IMG/VR virus record: IMGVR_UViG_3300020577_007794
Strand: one strand, 5' to 3'
Length of the DNA: 64,000 nt
From: a virus
Taxonomy: Duplodnaviria > Caudoviricetes
In this document: piece by piece, positions 19,033-28,803 of the stretch
Numbering within the stretch: the first letter of the stretch is position 1
Layout of the letters: each line of letters opens with the position of its first letter
Notes under the pieces: generated by a model
Database searches by the model: none
Told to the model about the DNA's origin: nothing
What the model saw: the letters and a program-made list of their open reading frames with translations, nothing else
Made by a program: the position numbers and the translations under genes

Positions 19033-22000
19033 TGAACGAATACGCAAAAGTCTTTTTAACCACATTCCCATGGGCTAAGACAGCATACCAATATATGCTG
19101 GGTCTTAATACTGCGCCTGAGGTTTCTGTAAAAATAGAAGATCTAGCTTCCCCAGTATCAACTAAGGTTAACTCTTCAGACCAGATCGCTATAGAATCTT
19201 CATTAGATTGGAATAATTTCAGCATACATTCTGTATCGGACCTAGCAGGTCTTTACTCATCTATTGATCGAGCTCATCAGTATGTTGAAGCTTTGTCACA
19301 AAGATACAATGCGAATATAGGTGAGGGGGAAACTAGGCTTCTAAAATTGGAGGCAGCTTTAAGAGCCATAAGATCCTCTATCGCATCACCCGCGAATAAT
19401 TCAGTATCTTTCTCAGGTGGAGATAGTAGTTGGGTTGACCCATCTCCTAGATTCTATGTTAACTCCCCTATGCTGACTTTTGCACAGGAAGAGGGTTGTT
19501 ACAGACTACCAGACACTGGTATGTTTAGTTCTATCAGATCTAATGGTGGGTTTGCAGGTACTGCAATTATCGAGAAATCCTTAGCACCTATAGAACAAAG
19601 AGGCACTCTAAACGATGTAACCGATGGCTCAAGAGCCTCTTTCTGGATGGGCACTTCTTATTTCCCGTCTATGGTTAGGGTATCAAGCGGAGATGTAGCA
19701 TGGCTACCATCTTCCTACACACATGGTTCGGCAGTTCTCTTAACTTACTACCTTGATAGACCTACATTAGTGGGCGAAGTTTTTATTGATCCAGTAACCA
19801 CAGAACCATTCAAACTCCTCTCCGTTTCCTGGACCCCTCTAAACGAAAGAAACTGCCTACTCAATCCAGGCTTTACAGCGGCAGCAACAGGGTGGACACT
19901 CAGCCATACAACTTGGATGGCCTCAGGGCTGGGAGCTGTTAGCACGTTAATTGACAGCACCTCTGGAAAAGTTAGTCAGAGCTTTAATATTCAAAACTCG
20001 TACACCCTATCTTTGAGTGGGGTTCCGACAGCTTCAGGTATAGCTACCGGCCAAAGATTTGAATTGCAATATGCCATAGCTGCTGAGGGAGACTGCTCAG
20101 CTGGTGCCAGAATAACTTGGTTCAATTCAGCTGGAGCAGCCATAGGTTCAGATCAATTAGCTGAGACGTTACCAGCTTTCTATAAATCCTCGAGACTTGT
20201 TTCTTACTCACCTACAGGAAGTGTTAGTGGAAGGGTTGATTTCCAAATCTTTTCAGCTACTACATCAGCCTCAGCTTTCGTATCCCAAGCTAAATTGTTT
20301 GCTGGTGAACAAAGATGGCAATGTAACGAAACAATAGAGAAGCCCACAACCATCTCCCTTCCAAGATCTATCACAACTTCTAGATTTAGTTTTGTTCTAC
20401 AACAAACTTCCCCTAGAAGAGAAACCTTAAACAGACAGGTACCTTCAGAAACACTAAGCCCTATAACAGCTCCAAGAGAAGTATCAACTGAATTGGTGAA
20501 CTCTGTAAATCAATTGGTTGACAGAACAAACTCTTCGGGGGTAGGCTCAACTGTTTTTGCCTATAGATTCGGAATGAAGGAACTTGATTTGAGATACAGG
20601 GAATTTGTTCCTAGAGCAAGTCTTGTTTCTATTCCTTTAGAGACGAAGAAAGAGATCAGAAATATATGGGTCACTGCAGATGTAGGACAATATCAAACTG
20701 ATGGGCTTGGGTTCTATATCATTCCTTTTGAAAAGGATGAATCATACCAACTAGCTGTAAAGGCTTTTAGGGTTGGAGATATTGATGCATCCGGGGAGAC
20801 TATAAGAAACCAAGGTGACATAGTTTCAATCTTCACGAGTGAAGAAGAAGAAGCAGGGTGGGCGGCTAACGCAGACCATAGAATCATTACTGACCCCACA
20901 AGAATCACAGAAACCTTTGACGGTACAGATCGAGATGGTAAGGTTATTCTCAAAAGAGTGCCACACCTACGAAGAGTTAAAATGCGAGATATTAATTCTT
21001 GGCTCTCTTCTTACTCTATCTGGCCGACATACTTCGACCCTAATCTAGAAACACCAACAGGTATAGGAAGCCAACTTCTAAGAGAAGCCATTAAGGATGG
21101 TATTCTTAAAGAGGGTGGAAGAACTGGTACTACCGGTGATACACAAATAAACGGAATACCTCTTGGTATGCCAGAAACACTGGAAGTAACCAGAGATGAT
21201 ATTGTCAGCACCGAAGGTTACCTTCCAATAAAACTAACAATATCTACAAGCAAGTGGACTGCATATCCAGACACATTTGGAAAACCTGATTCAGCTAGAG
21301 TAAGAGACGTATTGAAGGAACTTCTTGAACTGACAGCAGTCTCTGAAACAACCACAAGCATTACAGCCAACTACATTACTTATGAGCAGTTCATAGCTAG
21401 AACTAAAGTTTCTGAACTGTTCTTTGGTGGTAACTTTAATAACAATCTGTGGAATGGTATAACACCAACCATGACTATTAAAGAGTACCTAGACAGACAG
21501 CAGAGTATGAATGTTGGTATAGGCTCTATTGAACAGACTGCTAAGAGAGAGTATGATTTAAGAAAAGCTAACGGCACTCTTGCTAAAGACGAAAACACTA
21601 CAGAGACCAGGACATCCAAACTTAACAGTGGGGACTCTTATAAAACAAGATTCAAACCTGTGGTTACTGGACCAATGGGTACAGTGTTTAGGGCGTATTG
21701 GTACGATCCTGATACCCAAGAAGCTAGACTTATTCCACCTAATGATTATAAGTTGGAAGCAAATTCTGGGATAATCACACTCAAAAATACAGCCCCAGCA
21801 TCTAACTTCACAGACATTGTTGCAGATTACAAATACATATCCAAATCTGAAGAGGAAGACTTCTTCAGCGAGGCTATTGCTTTTGTGAATTCAACAGCCA
21901 GTGGAAGCGAGGATACAGGTATTGTAAGTAGGCATCTGCCAATAACAAGGAATATGACTGACTACAATACTGGAAGGGTTCCAACTCTTAGAGGTCCAGA

Positions 22001-22262
22001 TTTTGACAGAATGAGTAGAACCTACTACCCAGTTATAGAGTACTACGTAACACCTGAAGGGGATATTCAGTGTAGCAGGGACTTCTTCAAATATGGAGAC
22101 ATACCAGCAACTGTAACAGTTGAGTATGAAACATTGGGGGTCAAACCTAGACTAAAAGTAGAGTCTTACCGACCATCAGGTCCAACTGTTACACCTGCCT
22201 TATTAGGGGCTTCTATGAGAACAAAAGAAGGCTCTCCTTCTCCACTTAGGGAGATTCAATAA
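19032..22262 (+). CDS. large virion structural protein with a CBM-like insert
   Basis: 1076 aa; N-terminal coiled coil, DVTDGSRASFW discoidin-like motif, LLNPGF...GW CBM4/9-like start. Confidence 0.5.
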   Translation: MNEYAKVFLTTFPWAKTAYQYMLGLNTAPEVSVKIEDLASPVSTKVNSSDQIAIESSLDWNNFSIHSVSDLAGLYSSIDRAHQYVEALSQRYNANIGEGETRLLKLEAALRAIRSSIASPANNSVSFSGGDSSWVDPSPRFYVNSPMLTFAQEEGCYRLPDTGMFSSIRSNGGFAGTAIIEKSLAPIEQRGTLNDVTDGSRASFWMGTSYFPSMVRVSSGDVAWLPSSYTHGSAVLLTYYLDRPTLVGEVFIDPVTTEPFKLLSVSWTPLNERNCLLNPGFTAAATGWTLSHTTWMASGLGAVSTLIDSTSGKVSQSFNIQNSYTLSLSGVPTASGIATGQRFELQYAIAAEGDCSAGARITWFNSAGAAIGSDQLAETLPAFYKSSRLVSYSPTGSVSGRVDFQIFSATTSASAFVSQAKLFAGEQRWQCNETIEKPTTISLPRSITTSRFSFVLQQTSPRRETLNRQVPSETLSPITAPREVSTELVNSVNQLVDRTNSSGVGSTVFAYRFGMKELDLRYREFVPRASLVSIPLETKKEIRNIWVTADVGQYQTDGLGFYIIPFEKDESYQLAVKAFRVGDIDASGETIRNQGDIVSIFTSEEEEAGWAANADHRIITDPTRITETFDGTDRDGKVILKRVPHLRRVKMRDINSWLSSYSIWPTYFDPNLETPTGIGSQLLREAIKDGILKEGGRTGTTGDTQINGIPLGMPETLEVTRDDIVSTEGYLPIKLTISTSKWTAYPDTFGKPDSARVRDVLKELLELTAVSETTTSITANYITYEQFIARTKVSELFFGGNFNNNLWNGITPTMTIKEYLDRQQSMNVGIGSIEQTAKREYDLRKANGTLAKDENTTETRTSKLNSGDSYKTRFKPVVTGPMGTVFRAYWYDPDTQEARLIPPNDYKLEANSGIITLKNTAPASNFTDIVADYKYISKSEEEDFFSEAIAFVNSTASGSEDTGIVSRHLPITRNMTDYNTGRVPTLRGPDFDRMSRTYYPVIEYYVTPEGDIQCSRDFFKYGDIPATVTVEYETLGVKPRLKVESYRPSGPTVTPALLGASMRTKEGSPSPLREIQ

Positions 22263-24295
22263 TGGAAAATGAGATCTTAAAAGATTGGTTAAATAGGGTT
22301 GATACCACTGGTGCTGATCTCCCAGAAATAGAGAGAAACCTTTCTGTTACTCTCGCAAAAGGTGCTGCCAATAGGGGGGACTGGGCTCCTGCACCAATAG
22401 CTCCTTTGGCAGAACCAACAGACCTAGACGCAATGACTGGGGATCTTGCTAGATTTTATGCTGGAAAGATACGAAGTACGGCTGTACACACTGACACATT
22501 GTTTGATAGACTTGTTGAACTTAACAATGTGCTCGCGTCTGAGATGGAGTCGGCTAACAAGGCTTTAACTGAAGCATCTGATGATGTTCAGGTAGTTACA
22601 AGCATGACTCAGGACCAGATATCTCAATATGTTTGGGTCGCTGAAAGCTTTAACAATAATCTCAACATTGATACAACCAGGACTACCGCTCTTATTGATA
22701 CAGACTATGGCCAGGTTAGTCTGCCGCCTCAAGAGTTTGCTAATATACAAGACTACGGAGTAGAAATTCCATCTAGTTCTATAGTTGGTATTCCTGGTTG
22801 TAACCTTCTAGTTCTAGATCTAACCAGCCCAGGGAGTGCCGAGAAAGGCCCAGAACCTACTTTAGAGAAAGCTGACACTACCAATATCTCTACCATGTTT
22901 GACAACAACAGCCAAACTTGGTTTGAAATGGAGAGAAACTTCATTCCCAAAGTACAGCCGCTAAGAAGGGCAGGAAGATCTTTGGTCTATGAACTAGGCG
23001 GAAAACCAGAAAACGTATTAGAGGAAACTAAAAACTACGATTGGAGAGCTACTGTGGTTCTACCAGATGGTTCAACTAAAACTGGTTCAGATGGGAAGGG
23101 CGAGCTAATAGCGGAGTTTATAGAAGACACTGACCCCAGTGGTCTAGAAAAAAATGACACACAGGTTACTATAAAGTTCAATCTAACCACCCCACAACCT
23201 CTTTCAGAGATAAGAATCAATCCATATCTACGACCGGGACAAGGTGATCTAGTCATAGAACAAATTGATGTTGTGACTCAGGGAACTAATATCGTAGTAG
23301 CTAAGAATAAAAAAGCCAATATAGAAACTACATCATTACGGACTTTAGAGAAGGAAGTTCTACGAAGAACTGGTTCTCAAACAGTTGGATCTATGTTCGA
23401 AGTTCCAACAGACCGGGATATAAACCAGATCATAGTTAAACTCAGGGGTAAGACTGTTCCTGTAAAAGGACTTGCACACCCCTTTGCTGAAGAAGAAGTT
23501 GAAACTAAAACTACAAGAAGATTTCTTTTTATTCCATCTAAGTCCACTAAGACAGAGTGGAATAGAAAACCTATATCTGAATCTGGAAAAGTAATTGGCT
23601 CTAACTCAAGTACATCAAATATTTTAGGAGCATTATCGCCTATCCTTCAGTCAATCATGGGAGGCTCTTCATCAGCACTGTCCACTATAAGCAGTGTTGG
23701 GAGTCTGGTCAGTTCAATTGCCTCAACACCTAAAGCCCTAAACCTTGGTTCTAAAGATGTAGCAGGTCTTGGCAAGATCTTGGGTGGTCTTGGTAAAGTA
23801 GGTTCTGTAATTTCTAGTGTAGTTCCCATAGTTGGTGCAGTATTATCTATTGGGGATTTGGCAAATGCTGCCTTTGGTACTTCCAGAACTTCCCAAGTAA
23901 TCGGCCAAGCTTCAGGTTACGATATCTTCAAGGGATTTAGGTCCTGCATCTCTATCAGAGACATTGGTTTACTGAGAGTTGTATACGCCCCAGCAGCAGA
24001 GATTGTAACTAAAAAGCTGGTGTTCCCACGAAGGGTTACAAAGATTGGTTTGATTGTAGACCACTCAATCCCAGCAGACTGGGCTCAGGGGGATTGGGTT
24101 AAGTACTATCTCTCACTTGACGGAGTAGAGTGGAAACCAGTCCTTCCACTTTCAGATACAACCCTAGAAAACTCCCTAACACTAGATAAACCTGCAGATG
24201 CTGTTTATGTAAAGGCAGTGCTTTTGGGAAGTTCCGATGACCTGCATCGCTCCCCCAAAATCAATAACATAGTTCTTCAAGGATTACCGGCGTAA
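22262..24295 (+). CDS. virion structural protein with a hydrophobic Gly/Ser-rich insert
   Basis: 677 aa; ESFNN...ID...GQVSLP motif shared with neighbours; about 85-aa amphipathic segment. Confidence 0.5.
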   Translation: MENEILKDWLNRVDTTGADLPEIERNLSVTLAKGAANRGDWAPAPIAPLAEPTDLDAMTGDLARFYAGKIRSTAVHTDTLFDRLVELNNVLASEMESANKALTEASDDVQVVTSMTQDQISQYVWVAESFNNNLNIDTTRTTALIDTDYGQVSLPPQEFANIQDYGVEIPSSSIVGIPGCNLLVLDLTSPGSAEKGPEPTLEKADTTNISTMFDNNSQTWFEMERNFIPKVQPLRRAGRSLVYELGGKPENVLEETKNYDWRATVVLPDGSTKTGSDGKGELIAEFIEDTDPSGLEKNDTQVTIKFNLTTPQPLSEIRINPYLRPGQGDLVIEQIDVVTQGTNIVVAKNKKANIETTSLRTLEKEVLRRTGSQTVGSMFEVPTDRDINQIIVKLRGKTVPVKGLAHPFAEEEVETKTTRRFLFIPSKSTKTEWNRKPISESGKVIGSNSSTSNILGALSPILQSIMGGSSSALSTISSVGSLVSSIASTPKALNLGSKDVAGLGKILGGLGKVGSVISSVVPIVGAVLSIGDLANAAFGTSRTSQVIGQASGYDIFKGFRSCISIRDIGLLRVVYAPAAEIVTKKLVFPRRVTKIGLIVDHSIPADWAQGDWVKYYLSLDGVEWKPVLPLSDTTLENSLTLDKPADAVYVKAVLLGSSDDLHRSPKINNIVLQGLPA

Positions 24296-26544
24296 TGATA
24301 ATTGAGCAGACACAGAAAAACGTTCTTTTTAACGAAGCATCAAAAAGAGGTATCACCAGATTTGAATTAGAATCTGTTCCAGCAACATACCTTAAAATGC
24401 TGGGTACTCCTGATATGGGTGTCCAACAATTCGGGCTCCCCACTGCACCGATTTACAAAGCAGTGGATGGTGACAAGATCAATGTCAAAAAGATTTCACT
24501 ATTTTTTACTGGTCTGTCTAGGGACGTAACTGTATCAGAACAAGCTGTCAAAGCTGTGGATGACAAGATTCAAGCTCTACAGGAAGAGTTTTGGGCGAAG
24601 AGTCAGTTATTGAAATCGAGAGCCCTAAGCTTATCTAAAGCGGCGGCTGCAGAAAAGAAGAAAGCTGGTAGTCAAGCTTCATGGAGTTTTATTGAGGGCT
24701 TCACAAATACCAATTGGATTGATTGGTCCAGAAGCACAGTTTGGGTTGATTCTAGTGAGGGTGTAACCTTTCTCCCAACGTCAACAACAGAAGCCTCTAT
24801 AAATTATGCTGACATATCTGTAGAACAGATCGTCTACTCCTCTGGGGTTGATTCGCTATCCTCAACACCGCATATGGCTGTAGACGGGTTGGATACAACT
24901 AACTGGAGGGCTCAGTTTACCTCAGTTGGCCAGATTGCCTCTGCTGTTTTCTCCTTCAATACCCCACAAGATATTTCATCAATACAGCTTGATCCAACAG
25001 GTTTTGGTATATCTGTAATTATAGAAGCTGAATCTGGCAAAGGCTTTACTGAAATTGCCAGAGAGATACTTTACAGGAAGACAACCCTATCATGTCCAAT
25101 CTCTAAGGTAAACAAACTTAGGATTACGTTCTCCTCAGAGGGTGCTGCATTACCTAAAGCTGCTGGCATACGGGACGTGAAATTTTATAAATCAGGCTCT
25201 GCTGATTCAGCTTCACTGTACTCAACCAGTATAGGTGTTCCTGTCTCCTTCTCAGAAATAAAACTTGATGTAACTGGTAAGTATCCTGAGGGATCAAATG
25301 CTAGAATTTATTACAGTTTTGATGACATTACTTGGAAGGAATGCACACCTGGGCAATGGACTGCAGTGCGGGACAATGAAGTAGCTACTTACACAGTTAA
25401 GCGAGAGGATGTCCTTTATGAAAATGGATTCTACACTATAGCTGTAGATAATGCCCCAGCATCCATTACCACTGGCAAGATGCTTATTGGTGTTAATCAG
25501 GTAGAAGTCACTGCCTTTAGAAAGGACTATCTTGTTAGTGGGGAAGCACCACACACACCAAGCTTAGATGATTTTCAAGATAATCAAGTTAGAAAATTCT
25601 CTACATGGCTAGGTGTTGGAACTTACAACGAAAGAAGTTCTTACCAAAACCATCTCTACCTACAACCAGAATACAATCTTTTCACCTCGGTAGTGAAGGG
25701 AGCAGAAATACTGCCATTCCAATTCCAAACAGAGAATGAGAAGTATATGGATATGGCTTTAGTGTTAATGGCGGGCACCGTTGGCACAAGAATAGCTCAA
25801 CCTAACCATACGTACAAACTTTCATTCCAAGTGTATATAGAGGATGACTACGTTCTGGATAGTTGTAAAGCTTACTTCTATCAAGGTATAAGAACACGGC
25901 CAGCCAAAACATTCAGAGATGCTGGAAAATGTTATGGTGCCTATTCAGTCTATATTAACAAAAACTTAGTTAATTCTTCATCTAAGCCTTACACAGTGTA
26001 CAACACTCTGGAGAATGAAAGCTTTATAGAGGGCGGGGTAGCTGGTCAGGGTGAAGCTGGTTCATCATTCTCTATGTCGTTTAACCGGGGGTGGAATACA
26101 ATTGATATTTTGGTTCACACTGTTGACCCCCTGATTTACGGAGAGGATTCCAGTTTTCCTGAAGGACTTTACCCCTATCTTCAAGTATCATTATTCCCAT
26201 CTTTGTTTGACCCAAGATTGATGGAAGAGATGAAGATCACCAAGATATGCGCATCAGGAGAGCGTGGACCTATTTCAGAATTTGATCTTTTGTGGAACGT
26301 ACCACAAGATCATAGATTCTGGGGATGGAGCACAGATGGGACTTCTATACTATTTAACACTTGGAACACTCAAGCAATTGATGGTTTCTTGAAAGGTAGC
26401 GGGCCTAATTATGAACTTGACTACAAATCTTTACCAGATGCTGACTCTAATTACTCCACTGTAAAAGTGAGAATGGATATGTTTAGAAGTCAGTTAACAA
26501 AAGATGGCCCTATTATAGATGAGTATAGAGTTTCTGTAAAGTAA
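24295..26544 (+). CDS. virion structural protein with a discoidin-like domain
   Basis: 749 aa; coiled coil, EGFTN...ID...GVTFLP, AVDGLDTTNW. Confidence 0.5.
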   Translation: MIIEQTQKNVLFNEASKRGITRFELESVPATYLKMLGTPDMGVQQFGLPTAPIYKAVDGDKINVKKISLFFTGLSRDVTVSEQAVKAVDDKIQALQEEFWAKSQLLKSRALSLSKAAAAEKKKAGSQASWSFIEGFTNTNWIDWSRSTVWVDSSEGVTFLPTSTTEASINYADISVEQIVYSSGVDSLSSTPHMAVDGLDTTNWRAQFTSVGQIASAVFSFNTPQDISSIQLDPTGFGISVIIEAESGKGFTEIAREILYRKTTLSCPISKVNKLRITFSSEGAALPKAAGIRDVKFYKSGSADSASLYSTSIGVPVSFSEIKLDVTGKYPEGSNARIYYSFDDITWKECTPGQWTAVRDNEVATYTVKREDVLYENGFYTIAVDNAPASITTGKMLIGVNQVEVTAFRKDYLVSGEAPHTPSLDDFQDNQVRKFSTWLGVGTYNERSSYQNHLYLQPEYNLFTSVVKGAEILPFQFQTENEKYMDMALVLMAGTVGTRIAQPNHTYKLSFQVYIEDDYVLDSCKAYFYQGIRTRPAKTFRDAGKCYGAYSVYINKNLVNSSSKPYTVYNTLENESFIEGGVAGQGEAGSSFSMSFNRGWNTIDILVHTVDPLIYGEDSSFPEGLYPYLQVSLFPSLFDPRLMEEMKITKICASGERGPISEFDLLWNVPQDHRFWGWSTDGTSILFNTWNTQAIDGFLKGSGPNYELDYKSLPDADSNYSTVKVRMDMFRSQLTKDGPIIDEYRVSVK

Positions 26545-27059
26545 TGAACGAAAGTATTTTTGTAAGACTTCCTGGAATAAGCAGTTCTCTTACCCCAAAC
26601 TACACAGAGTATGGGACAAAGGGTACTGAGGCATTAACGCCAGAGATGTCAAGCACTAATACCCGTTTCTTTGATCTAGAATTGGAAGGGTATGCTGGTT
26701 CACAGTTCTATGAGGACAAGCCTGTTAAATACGTGGCAGCGTTCGTTGAAGTAGTAAGTACAGACTCCCCATACTTCCCAACCAGAGACACCAACACCTC
26801 ACTCCTTCCGCTAAAAAGAAACTACAGATTTAGGGGTATAAAAGAATCTGAAAAGTTTCTTTTATTTAATCAAAATGTAGCTGGTGAAGTTCTAAGGGAA
26901 AGAAAAAGATTAGAGACAGCTGATCTAACTCTTACCACAGCAGAAGAACTTCTTTATCCCACAGACAGCGATATTTCTTCATTCTATAATGCTACTGCCC
27001 AGTTAAGATTCCATGAATGGAGGAGGTTACGAAAATTTGATGCGAGGTGGCTTATTTAA
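26544..27059 (+). CDS. structural or hypothetical protein (paralogue of the next gene)
   Basis: C-terminal ~80 aa closely similar to 27059..27652. Confidence 0.55.
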   Translation: MNESIFVRLPGISSSLTPNYTEYGTKGTEALTPEMSSTNTRFFDLELEGYAGSQFYEDKPVKYVAAFVEVVSTDSPYFPTRDTNTSLLPLKRNYRFRGIKESEKFLLFNQNVAGEVLRERKRLETADLTLTTAEELLYPTDSDISSFYNATAQLRFHEWRRLRKFDARWLI

Positions 27060-27652
27060 TGCCTAGCGGCGACCCACTAATAGGTACTTCAGGCCAGCCC
27101 TCTATGGGTATTCCCCTACCTGGGGCAGTTTACACAGACCCTGCTAATACTGTGCAGTATAGCGGTTTACAAGGTGTGTCTTCACAGCCTGTAACCCCTG
27201 CACAGCAAGTGGAATATGTTTCAATAATTGACACCAATCCTCCACCAGTGTTTGATAGGTTTAACACCCCAGCCAATGTTTTCGATGCCGTACTTCCAGC
27301 AATTGGATTTATAGGTGTGCATGAAGATACTGTTGGTGGTACAGACCCAGGTGCAGGAGATTCGTACACTAATCAAAGAGTTGTAGCTCATGATAATTTG
27401 TTTGTACGAAGTAATTTCAGGTTCCGAGGTAGCAGAGATTCCACTAAGTTTTTAAGCTTCCTGCAAAAAGCAGCGGGTTCCATTTTAAGAACTTCGAATA
27501 ATCTCGAGATTCAAGATATAGCTCTGACCCAATCAGAGGAACTAGTGTATCCAACTAATGAAGATATTAGTAGTTTCTACAATATTACAGCCCAGGCTTC
27601 CTTTCATGAGTGGAAGAGGTTAAGAAAAATAAACGCAAGTTGGTTAGTTTAA
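27059..27652 (+). CDS. structural or hypothetical protein (paralogue of the previous gene)
   Basis: ORF track 27047..27652; TAATG-coupled ATG at 27059; shared RFRG...DISSFYN...FHEW.RLRK. Confidence 0.55.
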   Translation: MPSGDPLIGTSGQPSMGIPLPGAVYTDPANTVQYSGLQGVSSQPVTPAQQVEYVSIIDTNPPPVFDRFNTPANVFDAVLPAIGFIGVHEDTVGGTDPGAGDSYTNQRVVAHDNLFVRSNFRFRGSRDSTKFLSFLQKAAGSILRTSNNLEIQDIALTQSEELVYPTNEDISSFYNITAQASFHEWKRLRKINASWLV

Positions 27653-27655
27653 GCA

Positions 27656-28753
27656 ATGAATAGCTCAGATAAATTTTCAAGAAAGCTAGAGACAACATCC
27701 TTTACTGTTGAGAGTGCAGACGCACCTAAGGTAAAGTCTGGTGGGTCCTCTTCCAGCAATGTTATTAACAGGTATCACGAGGCAGTAGCTAAGGATGTTG
27801 CAGGACTTGCGTTAGCCACTAACCAACTTAGTGATAAAGCATCTAGAATATCTAACGCTGTAGCTGCGCAGAGCGGTGCCCTATCCAGTAATCTTAGTAC
27901 GCTAAGTGGAAGGTTGGATGCATTGGCGTCTGGTTCTACTTTACTTTTAGCTACACTATTTGATAACAAGTACATATCTACATCTGGGAGTGACACAACA
28001 GCAGAAGTTAATTCTCTTTTTGGTCAAGCAACTCTACCTATACGTTCACAGGTTAATCTTCTTACTCAACAAAATGTGCAAGATGATTACATAGTCTCAT
28101 CGGAAGTGAGGCTATCGTATTCTTATGAAGCTAACCCTGATCAGTTCCAGTTTACAGAAAGTAATGAAGGGATTGCTATGCTTCTAAGAAAACAGGCATG
28201 GATGGGGAGATCCGATCAACCTGTTTGGATTAAGTTGACTGCACCACTACAATACTTAGGCCTCCCTGCCAATATGATAGAGATATACCCTATGCCAGCA
28301 TTTAATTGCGCAATTAGCGATCTCTCATACCAATTAGCTGGTGCTGGCCCAGGAAGCACATGGTACGACGTAGACTGCTCATACCTTCCAAACTATAACC
28401 CATCCTCCTTGTTAGGTGATAATGTTCTAGAGATGATTGGTCCTGTACGAGCAGCCTTACCAGTTGTACCTATGGCTCAAATTAGATTTAGATTACATCC
28501 TTCTTCTGGTGTAAACTGGGGTCTTTTTGATTTAAGAGTTCTTAGTGTGGAGTTTGAACAAACTGGTGTACTAACTCTTATTAATCCGTACAACTCTACT
28601 GGTTTTTCATCTGCAACAATAAGAGGTAAAGATCCGTCAGATCTAGCTCAATTAACAACTAGTACAACATTGAATAAGTTTAGAATTGACCTATCTAGTA
28701 CTTCCTCACAAACTTCTCCAATAATCACTGGGGCTTTACTCTCATTATCTTAA
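27656..28753 (+). CDS. virion structural protein
   Basis: N-terminal coiled coil then AEVNSLFGQATLP motif as in 22262 and 24295. Confidence 0.5.
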   Translation: MNSSDKFSRKLETTSFTVESADAPKVKSGGSSSSNVINRYHEAVAKDVAGLALATNQLSDKASRISNAVAAQSGALSSNLSTLSGRLDALASGSTLLLATLFDNKYISTSGSDTTAEVNSLFGQATLPIRSQVNLLTQQNVQDDYIVSSEVRLSYSYEANPDQFQFTESNEGIAMLLRKQAWMGRSDQPVWIKLTAPLQYLGLPANMIEIYPMPAFNCAISDLSYQLAGAGPGSTWYDVDCSYLPNYNPSSLLGDNVLEMIGPVRAALPVVPMAQIRFRLHPSSGVNWGLFDLRVLSVEFEQTGVLTLINPYNSTGFSSATIRGKDPSDLAQLTTSTTLNKFRIDLSSTSSQTSPIITGALLSLS

Positions 28754-28771
28754 TTTTATGTGGTACTATAT

Positions 28772-28799
28772 CCTTGTTAATCGTATAATATTAACGGGG
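28772..28799 (+). promoter_or_regulatory. TATAAT -10 box inside an inverted repeat upstream of the sigma-like gene
   Basis: CCTTGTTAAT-cgTATAAT-ATTAACGGGG; TATAAT at 28784..28789. Confidence 0.4.
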
Positions 28800-28803
28800 C
28801 TAT

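Noticed and set aside
26544-27652. Duplicated C-termini as a DGR template/variable repeat pair
   Set aside because: Differences are not adenine-specific, both copies are coding, and no reverse transcriptase is present
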